Source: Candidatus Aminicenantes bacterium (GTDB lineage: Bacteria; Acidobacteriota; Aminicenantia; Aminicenantales; UBA4085). From it: 64,000 nt of DNA. The notes below the pieces were generated by a model. The model was not told the origin of the DNA. It did no database searches and saw only the letters and a list, made by a program, of their open reading frames with translations. Positions 1-9,383 of this stretch are shown here, piece after piece; the first letter of the stretch is position 1; every line of letters begins with the position of its first letter. Both the position numbers and the translations under genes were made by a program. The stretch is taken from positions 1,078 to 65,077 of the forward strand of contig JAPKZI010000010.1 of the NCBI GenBank assembly GCA_026393865.1, in the 5' to 3' direction.

Positions 1-1008
1 ATGCCCTTCCGGGATTGGGACGATTCGGCGACTCATACGGTTTCTGCGAGCTGCTCCAAGTGCCATTCCGCGACCGGCCTGGAAAAATACCTCGCCGGTG
101 GACAAGTCGCCCTAACCGTAGGCGAGCCCGTTTCCAACGGCATGCTCTGCACGACTTGTCATACGTCCCCTCCGACTCTGATCGACTCGCCGGCCGTCAC
201 CTTCCTCTCGGGGGCGATCGTCGACTTGGCCCACGACGGCAGCAACCTGTGCCTAGTCTGCCACCAAGGCCGGGCGGCCAAGGTCACGGTGGATACAGCG
301 ATCGCGGCCAAACCCGCCGGGCCTTTCAGTCTGACCAATATCCATTATTTTCCCGCGGCGGCGACGTTCCTCGGGAATGAGGTCGTCGGCGGCTATCAGT
401 TCCCCAACAAGGTCTATTCAGGCCGGCAGCTCTTCCCCAACCACGGCGGGAAGTTCAACACCTGCGTCCAATGCCATATGAGTTCCGCGGTTACGGCGGA
501 GGATCACGCCTGGACGATGCGGCGACACAACATCGCCGAACCTGTGAAAGAGAACTGCGTCCCCTGCCACGGCCAGGACGTCTCTCAAACCTTCAAGGGG
601 TTTGACCCGGAGAAGTTCGATTTCGAACAGATCCGGCCCGGCAACATCCCCGATTACGACATGGACGGCAACACCAGGGAATCGCTCAAGGATGAGATCA
701 TAGGACTCGAGGATTCTCTCGAAGCCCAGATCCGGCAATACGTGAAGACCACGGCGGGGATTGCTCTCCTTTTTGATGGCCAGTACTTCTATAAGGACCT
801 CAACAATAACGGGATCCTCGACGCCAGCGAAACCTCCAGTTCGAACCGATATTCGGGCAACGCGAACTGGCTGCGGGCCGCCTACAATCTCAGAACGAGC
901 CATCTCGAAATGCACGGGTTCATTCACAACGCCCGCTATATGGCCGAAATCCTCGTCGATTCCATTCAGCACGTGGGCGGCGACATCGGCAAGTACACCT
1001 GGCGGTAA
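1..1008 (+). CDS. Multiheme c-type cytochrome, 5'-truncated at the window edge
   Basis: At least five CxxCH motifs in the translation (CSKCH, CTTCH, CLVCH, CVQCH, CVPCH). The ORF runs from position 1 with no start codon. Stop at 1006-1008. Confidence 0.8.
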   Translation: MPFRDWDDSATHTVSASCSKCHSATGLEKYLAGGQVALTVGEPVSNGMLCTTCHTSPPTLIDSPAVTFLSGAIVDLAHDGSNLCLVCHQGRAAKVTVDTAIAAKPAGPFSLTNIHYFPAAATFLGNEVVGGYQFPNKVYSGRQLFPNHGGKFNTCVQCHMSSAVTAEDHAWTMRRHNIAEPVKENCVPCHGQDVSQTFKGFDPEKFDFEQIRPGNIPDYDMDGNTRESLKDEIIGLEDSLEAQIRQYVKTTAGIALLFDGQYFYKDLNNNGILDASETSSSNRYSGNANWLRAAYNLRTSHLEMHGFIHNARYMAEILVDSIQHVGGDIGKYTWR

Positions 1009-1044
1009 AACGAGGGTTTCCGACCCTTCTCATTGTTTCTGACA

Positions 1045-1076
1045 GGGGCGGCATCGTGAGATGCCGCCCCTTTTTT
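1045..1076 (+). terminator. Rho-independent terminator after the cytochrome gene
   Basis: Perfect hairpin GGGGCGGCATC-gtga-GATGCCGCCCC followed by TTTTTT. Confidence 0.75.
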
Positions 1077-1156
1077 CGATGGGAATCTTTCGAATTTGAC
1101 AAGAATCCCATCGGCCCCGCCGCTTTCCTCCTCCGGCCGCAGCCAAAGTCTAGGTC

Positions 1157-1185
1157 TTGTGTCGCGCCCCTCACTCGGCTATAAT
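1157..1185 (+). promoter_or_regulatory. Putative sigma-70-like promoter for the kinase/regulator operon
   Basis: TTGTGT, 17 nt spacer, TATAAT, located about 45 nt upstream of the ATG at 1228. Confidence 0.3.
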
Positions 1186-1227
1186 CCTCCCTATCGATTT
1201 TATCGTAACAGTAGAATTTAGATCATC

Positions 1228-2709
1228 ATGAGCATTCGGAATTGGACGCTGAGGGCGAAGGTCATCTTCCACGTCCTCATCCTGGGCGCCCTATCGGCGG
1301 GCATCCTGACCGTCCTTTATATGACGACCCAGCGCGGCGTCATCTACGCTCTGATCCAGCGGGAAGCCGAACTCGTCGGGTCCCTGACCAAGAGCAGCGT
1401 CTTTTTTCTCAAGAAATGCGGCCGGATCGAGGACACCCAGGCCGAGATCCACGAGCTGGCGGCGACGACGAGAGGCATCCGAAGCATCCGCGTCCTGACG
1501 ATCGAGGGAAAGATTTTCGCCTCGACCCGTGTCGAGGAGAAGTCGACCGTACTCCCCGCGGAGGACCGAACGACGATCCGGACAATGATCGCCGATAAAG
1601 CGGCGCGGCGGACCATTTTCTCCAAACCCCAACACACCATCCGCAGCTTTATGCTGGTCGAGAACGAGCCGGAATGCTATTCCTGTCATGCCGCCGAGCG
1701 CCGGATCAACGGCCTCCTCGAAGTGGAATTCGATTACCGCGAAGCCTCGGACCTGCTCTGGAAAAGCCAGCTGAAAGGGATCATCCTGGCCGTCCTCAGT
1801 TTGGGCGTTCTGACCTTCATCATCCTGCGGCTTTTTGAAAGGCTGATCAACCGCCCGATCTCGCTCTTGAAAGACAAGATGAAAAAGGTTCAGGACGGGG
1901 ACCTGACGGTGCGTTTGAATCCGCAGAAGAACGATGAGATCGGCAGCCTGACCGCGAGCTTCAACCTCATGGTCGAAAAGCTGAAAGAGGCCAATCGGAA
2001 GATCGAGGCGCTTTATAACCAGAGGATCGAGCGGGCCGAGCATCTGGCCGCGTTCGGCGAGCTGGCCGCCGGGCTGGCCCACGAAGTGAAGAATCCTTTA
2101 TCGGGCATTAAGGGAGCTCTCGAGATCATCAGTCAGAACGCGATCGTCACCGATCCCCAGAGAGAAATCTTCCAGGAGATGCTCGTCCAGATCGACAAGA
2201 TCATCAACGTCATCCAAGATTTTCTGAGCTATGCCCGGCCCAAGCCGCCCCATTTCAGCCGGGTCGCCCCCAACCTATTCGTCGAGAACGCCGTCCGGCT
2301 GGCCAAGACGCAGCTCCACGGCAAGGATATCCGCTTCCATTTCCATCCGATCAAACAGGACGTCCGGATCTGTCTGGACGCGGACCGCCTGCAGGAAGTG
2401 ATCCTGAACCTCCTCCTCAACAGCATCTCGGCCATCGACAAGGAAGGGAACATCCTCATCTTTCTCAAGGTCGTGGCGAACCGGGCCCTGTTCATCTTCC
2501 TGGCCGATGAAGGATGCGGGATCAAGGAATCGCAGCTGTCCCAGATCTTCAATCCGTTCTTTTCGACAAAGAAGGAGGGGACCGGCTTGGGGCTCTCGAT
2601 CTGCAAAAAAACCATCGACGCCCACAAAGGGACGATCGCGGTCCGGAGCCGGGAGGGGAAGGGGACGACCTTCACCATCCGGCTGCCGCTCGACCTGCCG
2701 TGCGACTGA
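1228..2709 (+). CDS. Sensor histidine kinase with two transmembrane helices, a periplasmic domain carrying a CxxCH motif, HAMP, HisKA and HATPase domains
   Basis: N-terminal hydrophobic helix and a second helix about 150 aa later. ECYSCH in the intervening region (nt ~1675-1689). H-box HEVKNPLSGIKG and G-box GTGLGLSICKKTIDAHKGTI. Confidence 0.85.
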   Translation: MSIRNWTLRAKVIFHVLILGALSAGILTVLYMTTQRGVIYALIQREAELVGSLTKSSVFFLKKCGRIEDTQAEIHELAATTRGIRSIRVLTIEGKIFASTRVEEKSTVLPAEDRTTIRTMIADKAARRTIFSKPQHTIRSFMLVENEPECYSCHAAERRINGLLEVEFDYREASDLLWKSQLKGIILAVLSLGVLTFIILRLFERLINRPISLLKDKMKKVQDGDLTVRLNPQKNDEIGSLTASFNLMVEKLKEANRKIEALYNQRIERAEHLAAFGELAAGLAHEVKNPLSGIKGALEIISQNAIVTDPQREIFQEMLVQIDKIINVIQDFLSYARPKPPHFSRVAPNLFVENAVRLAKTQLHGKDIRFHFHPIKQDVRICLDADRLQEVILNLLLNSISAIDKEGNILIFLKVVANRALFIFLADEGCGIKESQLSQIFNPFFSTKKEGTGLGLSICKKTIDAHKGTIAVRSREGKGTTFTIRLPLDLPCD

Positions 2710-2711
2710 TC

Positions 2712-4094
2712 ATGCAGAAAAAAAGGATCCTGGTCATCGACGACGAGCGCCTTGTCCTCTGGTCGCTCGTCCAGAAGATGACGCGCTGGGGCTACGAGGT
2801 CGTCGAAGCGGAGAGCGGGGCGGCCGGCCTGCGGGCGCTGACCGAGGAAAGCCCGGACCTCCTTCTCCTCGACATGAAGCTTCCGGACGCGAAGGGAACC
2901 GACGTCCTGGAGAATCTCCGGAAGAACTGGCCGGAGCTGCCCGTCGTCATGATCACCGCTTTCGGGGTGATCGAGGACGTCGTGACGGCCATGCGCCGCG
3001 GGGCCTACGATTTCATCACCAAGCCCATCGACGACGCCAAGCTTCGAAGCACCGTGGTCCACGCCCTGGAAGCGGCCGCCTTGAAGAAAAAAATCGCCGC
3101 CTATCGGGAGATTGAGAAGACGAAGCATATCAGCGGCCCGATCATCGGAGAGACGCCGGTCATGCGGCAGCTCCTGGACGTGGTCAAAAAGCTGGCCGAG
3201 AGCGAGACCTCGATCATCCTCCTTCAGGGCGAGAGCGGCACCGGCAAGGACCTCTTCGCCCAGACGCTGCACCTCTGGAGCCGGAGGAGCGAGGCGCCCT
3301 TCCTGGCCATCAACTGCTCGGCCATTCCGGCCAACCTGCTCGAGAGTGAGCTGTTCGGCTACGAAAAAGGGGCGTTCACCGATGCCAAGCAGCAGAAACG
3401 GGGACTGGTCGAGCTGGCCGACGAAGGGACCCTCTTTCTCGACGAGATCAGCGGCTTGGATCTGTCCTTGCAGGCCAAATTGCTCCGCTTCCTCGAGACC
3501 AACACGTTCAAACGGGTCGGCGGCCTGAGGGACATCGAGGTCGACCTCCGCGTGGTCGCCGCGACCAACCAGGACCTGGAGACTCTCAGCCGCCAGGACA
3601 AATTCCGCAAGGACTTTTTTTACAGGCTGAACGTCTGTCCCATCCATCTGCCGACGCTGGCCGAACGGAAGGACGACATCCTGCCCCTGGCCAGGCATTT
3701 CATCGTTCAGTACAATCAGAAATTCAACAAGGCCATCCAGGGCCTGGAACCGGAGGCCGAAAAACTATTCCTCCAGTACGGATGGCCGGGAAACGTCCGG
3801 GAGCTGAGGAACGCCATCGAGCGGGCGATGATCTTCGAGGAGAGCCCGCTCATTTCCCCCCGCCATGTGCCCATCCGTCTCAGCAACCCTCCGCCCGGCG
3901 AGACAAGGACCGCGTCCGGGCCGGTCGTCCCCGAAGGGATGTCGCTCCCCGAGGCGGAAAAGAGGATGGTGATCCAGGCGTTCGAAAAAGCGGGGGGGAA
4001 CAAATCGCTGGCAGCCAGGATGCTCGGCATCAGCCGCGATACGCTTCGCTACAGGCTCAGCAAGCTGAACGAGGAACCCGGTCCAAAATCCTGA
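2712..4094 (+). CDS. Sigma-54-dependent response regulator, NtrC family (REC, AAA+ and HTH domains)
   Basis: REC domain (ILVIDDE...[11 protein letters not shown]). Walker [18 protein letters not shown] sigma-54 interaction motif. C-terminal HTH. The ATG lies 3 nt after the kinase stop; the track's in-frame upstream extension is rejected. Confidence 0.85.
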   Translation: MQKKRILVIDDERLVLWSLVQKMTRWGYEVVEAESGAAGLRALTEESPDLLLLDMKLPDAKGTDVLENLRKNWPELPVVMITAFGVIEDVVTAMRRGAYDFITKPIDDAKLRSTVVHALEAAALKKKIAAYREIEKTKHISGPIIGETPVMRQLLDVVKKLAESETSIILLQGESGTGKDLFAQTLHLWSRRSEAPFLAINCSAIPANLLESELFGYEKGAFTDAKQQKRGLVELADEGTLFLDEISGLDLSLQAKLLRFLETNTFKRVGGLRDIEVDLRVVAATNQDLETLSRQDKFRKDFFYRLNVCPIHLPTLAERKDDILPLARHFIVQYNQKFNKAIQGLEPEAEKLFLQYGWPGNVRELRNAIERAMIFEESPLISPRHVPIRLSNPPPGETRTASGPVVPEGMSLPEAEKRMVIQAFEKAGGNKSLAARMLGISRDTLRYRLSKLNEEPGPKS

Positions 4095-4109
4095 ATCCGG
4101 GCGAACGGC

Positions 4110-4565
4110 TCACTTGATCTTGGGTCTCTTCTTGGCGGCCGAGATCTTCTTCTCACAAATTTCCAGGGCGTCCTGGAGGGTCAACTTCTCGAAGTAATTC
4201 CGCAGAAGCTCGGTCGCCCCTTTCCAGATCTCGTAGGTCCCGCAGGTCTTGATCTTTTCGCAGAACGTCTCGTCCTCGATGCATTCGACCAGGCTGCAGC
4301 TTCCCTCCAGGGCGTGGAGGATGTCGCAGATCTTGATCTCGGTCGGCTTTCGGGCGAGAATATAACCGCCGCCGGCGCCCCGGATGCTCTTGACGAGCCG
4401 GTTGATCTTCAAGGGGATGATGATCTGCTCGAGGTACCGGATCGAGATGCCTTCTTCCTCGGAGACGTTTTTCAGAATGGTGGGTTCGTTGCTGTTTTTA
4501 TAATGGCGGGCGAGATTGACCATGAGCCGCGTCCCATACCGGCCTTTGGTGGAAAGTTTGATCAT
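4110..4565 (-). CDS. Rrf2-family transcriptional regulator (IscR/NsrR-like, Cys-rich)
   Basis: N-terminal wHTH MIKLSTKGRYGTRLMVNLAR. Three spaced Cys (CSLVEC...C...C) typical of Fe-S-binding Rrf2 proteins. Divergent from iorA. Confidence 0.85.
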   Translation of the reverse strand: MIKLSTKGRYGTRLMVNLARHYKNSNEPTILKNVSEEEGISIRYLEQIIIPLKINRLVKSIRGAGGGYILARKPTEIKICDILHALEGSCSLVECIEDETFCEKIKTCGTYEIWKGATELLRNYFEKLTLQDALEICEKKISAAKKRPKIK

Positions 4566-4770
4566 GCCGTTCTCCTTTACGGACGGCCGTCCCGGCCGCT
4601 CCTGAGACCAGCCTATCCCAGAGGAACAAATATATCAACATAAATTTATAGGAATTATCGAAATACTTGGTATAAGAGCGTCTTGACTCCAAGCGGCCGA
4701 GATTGTATCCTAGCCTCTCTTTTTCAAAACAGGCGGGGCCGGGCCATCCCCGTCGAGAAAGGACGCGGAT

Positions 4771-6369
4771 ATGACCAAAGAGATCCTGCTCGGCGATGAG
4801 GCCGTGGCCCTCGGCGCCGTCCACGCCGGCCTGACGGCCGGATACTCCTATCCCGGCACTCCGGCCTCGGAGATCATGGAATATCTGATCCGGGCCGCCC
4901 GGACGGCCGGGACGTTCGTCGCGGCCTGGTCGGTCAACGAGAAAACGGCCTTCGAAGAGGCCCTTGGCGTCTCTTTCGCCGGCCGCCGCGCGCTCGTCTC
5001 GATGAAACACGTCGGCCTGAACGTGGCCGCCGACCCCTTTATGAGCGCCGCGCTCACCGGCGTGGGGGGCGGGTTCGTCGTCGTCGTGGCCGACGATCCG
5101 AGCATGCACAGCTCCCAGAACGAACAGGACAGCCGGTTCTACGCCCAGTTCGCCCAGATCCCCTGCTTTGAGCCCGCCGATCACCAGGAAGCTTACGACA
5201 TGACGCGAGAGGCGTTCGACCTCTCCGAACGGATGAACATCCCGGTCATGCTCCGCCTGGTCACGCGGCTCTCGCACAGCCGGGCCGGCGTGGAAACGGG
5301 CGAGGCGCGTCCGCAGAACGGGCTCAAATACGGCGACCGGCAGTGTTGGACGCTCCTGCCGATGAACGCCCGGGCCCAGTTCAAGCGCGTCCTCGAGCTG
5401 CAGCTCGAGCTGGTCAAGATCTCCGAAGGATCTCGATTCAACACCCTGGAGTTGAACGCGGCCGACCGGTCGCTGGGGGTCATTGCCTCCGGCATCGCCC
5501 ATAACTACGTCCTGGAAAATGTCCGGGAGGGGGCCAAAAAACCGTCGGTCCTGAAGGTCGCTACGTATCCGATCCCCGAAGCGCTGGTCAGGAAGCTCGT
5601 CGCCCACGTCGACACGGTCCTTGTCGCCGAAGAGGGCTTCCCGCTGATCGAACGAAGCCTCAAAGGCCTTTTCGGTATCCCCGGGAAGACGCTCATCGGC
5701 AAGCTCAGCGGGCACATCCCGCCGGCCGGAGAGCTTTCGCCCGAGTCCGTCCGCGCCGCGCTCGGTATGAAGCCGCTCGAACGGCAGGCGCCGAGCGAGT
5801 TCAAACCGGCCGGCCGGCCGCCCCAGCTCTGTCTGGGCTGTCCTCACGCCGACACGTTCAAGGCCCTCAACAAAGCCCTCGAGGGCTTCACGAAATCGAA
5901 TGTCTTCAGCGATATCGGATGCTATACGCTCGGCTATTTCCCGCCCTACAACGCGATCAACACCTGCGTCTGCATGGGCGCGAGCGTGGGCATGGCCAAG
6001 GGCGCGGCCGAGGCGGGCGTCTTTCCCGCGGTCGCCGTCATCGGTGACTCGACCTTCGGCCACTCGGGCATCACCGCCCTGCTCAGCGCGGCGGCTAGTC
6101 ACACGAACATGATCGCCATCGTCCTCGACAACTGCACCGTGGCCATGACCGGCGGCCAGCCGACCTTCGCCTCGGGCGACCGGCTCCTGAAGATCATCGA
6201 GGGCGTCGGCGTCCCGAAGGACCACATCCGGGTGATCACGCCCCTGCCCAAGTTCCACGAGCAGAACGTTCGTATCATGAAGGAAGAGATCGAACATTCG
6301 GGGTTGTCGGTGATCGTGGCGGCCCGCGAATGCCTGGAAGAAACCCGCAAGAAGAATAAGAGGAAGTAG
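4771..6369 (+). CDS. iorA: Indolepyruvate:ferredoxin oxidoreductase alpha subunit (TPP-dependent 2-oxoacid oxidoreductase)
   Basis: N-terminus MTKEILLGDEAVALGAVHAGLTAGYSYPGTPASEI and a TPP-binding GDSTFGHSG region. Followed by iorB. Confidence 0.75.
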   Translation: MTKEILLGDEAVALGAVHAGLTAGYSYPGTPASEIMEYLIRAARTAGTFVAAWSVNEKTAFEEALGVSFAGRRALVSMKHVGLNVAADPFMSAALTGVGGGFVVVVADDPSMHSSQNEQDSRFYAQFAQIPCFEPADHQEAYDMTREAFDLSERMNIPVMLRLVTRLSHSRAGVETGEARPQNGLKYGDRQCWTLLPMNARAQFKRVLELQLELVKISEGSRFNTLELNAADRSLGVIASGIAHNYVLENVREGAKKPSVLKVATYPIPEALVRKLVAHVDTVLVAEEGFPLIERSLKGLFGIPGKTLIGKLSGHIPPAGELSPESVRAALGMKPLERQAPSEFKPAGRPPQLCLGCPHADTFKALNKALEGFTKSNVFSDIGCYTLGYFPPYNAINTCVCMGASVGMAKGAAEAGVFPAVAVIGDSTFGHSGITALLSAAASHTNMIAIVLDNCTVAMTGGQPTFASGDRLLKIIEGVGVPKDHIRVITPLPKFHEQNVRIMKEEIEHSGLSVIVAARECLEETRKKNKRK

Positions 6370-6379
6370 GAGAGGCGCC

Positions 6380-6964
6380 ATGACCACGAACCGCAAGCAG
6401 GACATCATTCTGGCGGGCGTCGGGGGGCAGGGCATCCTGTCCATTGCCTTCGTCATCGACAGCGCCGCGCTCAAAGAAGGCTACAACATCAAACAGGCCG
6501 AGGTCCACGGCATGGCCCAGCGGGGCGGGGCGGTCCAGTCCCACTTGCGCCTTTCGAAGGACCGCATCTACAGCGATCTCATTCCGCGCGGGGAGGCCGA
6601 CCTGATCCTCAGCGTCGAACCGCTCGAGGCCCTCCGCTACCTGGACTTCCTCCGTCCGGGAGGGAAGCTCATCACGAGCAGCGCGCCGTTTATCAATATT
6701 CCCGATTATCCGGACAGGGAAACCCTGATCGAGCAGGTCCGGCGGGTGCCGGGCAGCGTCGTCATCGATTCGGAGGCGCTGGCCAAGGAGGCGGGAACGA
6801 GCAAAGCTCAGAACACGGTCATGCTCGGCGCCGCGGCCAAGGACCTGGTCGTGAGCCAGGACGGCCTCCGCGAGTTCATTCGCGTCCTCTTCGCTCCTCG
6901 CGGAGAGAAGATATTGGAATCGAATCTCAAGGCTTTCGAGCTCGGCCGCCGGGCCGCCCTCTGA
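6380..6964 (+). CDS. iorB: Indolepyruvate oxidoreductase beta subunit
   Basis: N-terminus MTTNRKQDIILAGVGGQGILS, typical of IorB / Por-gamma-like subunits. RBS GGAGAGG upstream. Confidence 0.75.
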   Translation: MTTNRKQDIILAGVGGQGILSIAFVIDSAALKEGYNIKQAEVHGMAQRGGAVQSHLRLSKDRIYSDLIPRGEADLILSVEPLEALRYLDFLRPGGKLITSSAPFINIPDYPDRETLIEQVRRVPGSVVIDSEALAKEAGTSKAQNTVMLGAAAKDLVVSQDGLREFIRVLFAPRGEKILESNLKAFELGRRAAL

Positions 6965-6969
6965 AATCC

Positions 6970-9312
6970 ATGACCATCGATTTCAAAACCATCGACGCCC
7001 TTTTCGAGAAGGCCGAAAAGGACGGCCGGACGTTCCTTTTCGAGCACGAGGTCTACCAAATGCTCCGGGCGGCCGGGCTGAAGACGCCCCGCTTCAGATT
7101 CGTGGCCAAGGGCGAAATCGTCCGGGTCAAGGATCTGACGGGCTTCAAGACATCCGAGCTGGTCCTGAAGATCGTCGCGCCGATGATCCAGCACAAAACC
7201 GATGTCGGCGGCGTCGCGTTCGTCGAGAATTCGGCTTCGGCGGCCAACGCTGGCATGCGGAAGATGATGGCCGATGTCCCGCGAAGATTCCGGGTCTGGT
7301 CCCGTCAATTTGACCCGCAGCGGAACGCCCGCGAGCTCAGCCTCGACGGGATCGAGCGGGACATCCGGGGGGTCCTCCTCTGCGAGAAGATCGAATTCGA
7401 CCGCTTCGGCTTCGGGGCGGAACTTCTGGCGGGGATCCGGAATTCGCGGGAATTCGGCCCGATCGTCACCCTGGGGGCGGGCGGCGTCGAGGTCGAATAC
7501 ATGAACGAGAGGATCAAGGAGGGTGCGGCGGCCTCGATCGCCTCGGCCCATCTCCTCCGGAAGAAGGACGTCCTGGCCCATTTGGAGCCTCTGGCCGTCT
7601 TCGACAAATTGGTCCATCCTTTTCGCGGGCGGCCGCCCGTCCTCCGGAGCGTTGAACTCCGCGATGTCCATTTCGGTTTGTGCCGGCTGGCCGCTCACTA
7701 TTCGCCCTTCGGACCCGGCGGCCGCTTCGTCATCGAGGAGGCCGAGGTCAATCCGTTCGTCGTGAAGGACGGACGGCTCCTGCCGCTCGACGGCCTGTGC
7801 CGTTTTTCGCGAGCGCGCGTCGATATCCAAGGCCGCCCCTTCGCCGGAATCGCCCGGCTTCTCCATCCGGGCTCTATCGCCGTTATCGGCGTATCCGAGA
7901 AAATGAACCTGGGACATATCATTCTCAGGAATATCCTGAAGAGCGGCTTCCCGCGCGAAAAGGTCTATGTCGTCAAGCCCGGCCATCAACGGATCGACGG
8001 CTGCCTCTGCGTTCCGGACGTCGCCTCGCTTCCCGAGCCCGTGGACCTCTTCGTCCTGACCCTGGCGGCCGATCAATGTTACGGCGTCATGTCCGATCTG
8101 ATCGCCCACGGCAAAGCCCGCTCGGTCATCATCATCGCCGGGGGGATGGGCGAAAAACAGGGGGCGAGTTCCCTGGAGGAGCGGATCGTCGAGCTCGTCG
8201 CCGACGGCCGCCGCCAGGGCAAGTTGACCCCGGTGGTGAACGGAGGCAACTGCCTCGGGATCTATTCCAAACCGGGCCGGTACGACACGACCTTCATCCC
8301 GGAGCACAAGCTGAAATTTCCGAAGTCCGAGCGTTCGCATCTGGCCTACATCAGCCAGAGCGGCGCCTTCCTCATCTCCCGGGTCAGCCGGCTCCATCGT
8401 TTCGAGCCGCTCTACGGGATCTCGCTCGGCAACCAGATCGATCTTCGCCTTTCGGACTACCTGAGATATCTGAAGGACGATCCCCAGGTCAAGATCTTCG
8501 CCGTTTATATCGAGGGCTTCAAATCCGGCGATGGATATCTCCTGGCCGAGGCCGTCAGGGACATCACCAAGACCCCAGGACGGGCGGTCGTCGTTTACAA
8601 GAGCGGCCGAACCCCGGAAGGACGGCTGGCGACCTCGAGCCATACGGCTTCCATCGCCGGGGAATACGGAGTCTGCAAGGCCGTGCTCCTGGGAGCCGGG
8701 GCGATCGTCGCGGACAGCATCTTCGATTTCGAGAACTTCATCAAAGGCCTGACCGACCTGGCCGGGAAGACCCTGCGGGGCAGGCGGGTCGGCCTTCTGA
8801 GCAACGCCGGATTCGAAAGCGTGATCATGGCCGACGGCCTCAAGAACGGAGACAGGCTTGAGCTGGCCGCGTTCACCGCGGCGACGAAGAAGCGGCTGGC
8901 CGGGGCCCTTACGCCGCTCGGCATCGACAAGCTCCAGGACATCAAGAACCCGCTCGACGTCACTCCCGTCGCCGACGACGCGGTCTTCTGCGAATGCGCC
9001 CGGGCGATCCTCGCCGATCCCGGCGTCGACTGCGCCGTCATCTCGCCCGTGCCCATGACCCCGGCCATGCAGACGCTGGCCCCGGGGGAAGGGCACGCGG
9101 AGAGCCTATTCAACGCGGAGAGCGCGTCCTCGAGATTGATCGAGATCTTCCGCTCGACCGACAAGCCGTTCGTCGTCAATATCGACGCGGGCGCGACCTA
9201 CGACCCTATGGCCGCCCATATGGAGGCAGCCGGAGTCCCCGTCTTCCGCCGCTCGGACGAGGCGGTCCGGTTCCTCCGCAAGTATATGAACGCCCGCTTG
9301 AAGAGAAGATAA
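6970..9312 (+). CDS. Acyl-CoA synthetase (ADP-forming), fused ATP-grasp and CoA-binding/ligase domains
   Basis: N-terminal ATP-grasp region, then a CoA-binding segment (SIAVIGVSEK) and a succinyl-CoA-synthetase-like domain. Immediately downstream of iorAB, as in archaeal IOR/ACS aryl-acid fermentation. Confidence 0.75.
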   Translation: MTIDFKTIDALFEKAEKDGRTFLFEHEVYQMLRAAGLKTPRFRFVAKGEIVRVKDLTGFKTSELVLKIVAPMIQHKTDVGGVAFVENSASAANAGMRKMMADVPRRFRVWSRQFDPQRNARELSLDGIERDIRGVLLCEKIEFDRFGFGAELLAGIRNSREFGPIVTLGAGGVEVEYMNERIKEGAAASIASAHLLRKKDVLAHLEPLAVFDKLVHPFRGRPPVLRSVELRDVHFGLCRLAAHYSPFGPGGRFVIEEAEVNPFVVKDGRLLPLDGLCRFSRARVDIQGRPFAGIARLLHPGSIAVIGVSEKMNLGHIILRNILKSGFPREKVYVVKPGHQRIDGCLCVPDVASLPEPVDLFVLTLAADQCYGVMSDLIAHGKARSVIIIAGGMGEKQGASSLEERIVELVADGRRQGKLTPVVNGGNCLGIYSKPGRYDTTFIPEHKLKFPKSERSHLAYISQSGAFLISRVSRLHRFEPLYGISLGNQIDLRLSDYLRYLKDDPQVKIFAVYIEGFKSGDGYLLAEAVRDITKTPGRAVVVYKSGRTPEGRLATSSHTASIAGEYGVCKAVLLGAGAIVADSIFDFENFIKGLTDLAGKTLRGRRVGLLSNAGFESVIMADGLKNGDRLELAAFTAATKKRLAGALTPLGIDKLQDIKNPLDVTPVADDAVFCECARAILADPGVDCAVISPVPMTPAMQTLAPGEGHAESLFNAESASSRLIEIFRSTDKPFVVNIDAGATYDPMAAHMEAAGVPVFRRSDEAVRFLRKYMNARLKRR

Positions 9313-9383
9313 TCCGGCGATCTGCTCGGGCGCCGTTTTCTTTGTTTTCAAGAAGTGGTGATTCTGATAGAATTATCTCTGTG

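Noticed and set aside
4641-4690. AT-rich stretch upstream of iorA as an IscR/Rrf2 operator
   Set aside because: Only the outer 5 nt are palindromic (TTATA...TATAA) and it does not match type-1 or type-2 IscR sites. This is too weak to call.
4498-6474. 658-aa minus-strand ORF
   Set aside because: Antisense to iorA. Low-complexity Arg/Gly/Asp-rich translation. The plus-strand gene has clear TPP-enzyme motifs.
6808-9096. 762-aa minus-strand ORF and 7680-8861 plus-strand ORF
   Set aside because: They overlap or lie out of frame with the ADP-forming acyl-CoA synthetase. Compositionally biased Arg/Pro/Gly junk.
8994-9383. N-terminal extensions of track ORFs 8994-10298 and 10190-11302
   Set aside because: The extensions overlap preceding genes out of frame and are Arg-rich. 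Genuine starts with RBS and signal peptides lie at 9384 and 10361.
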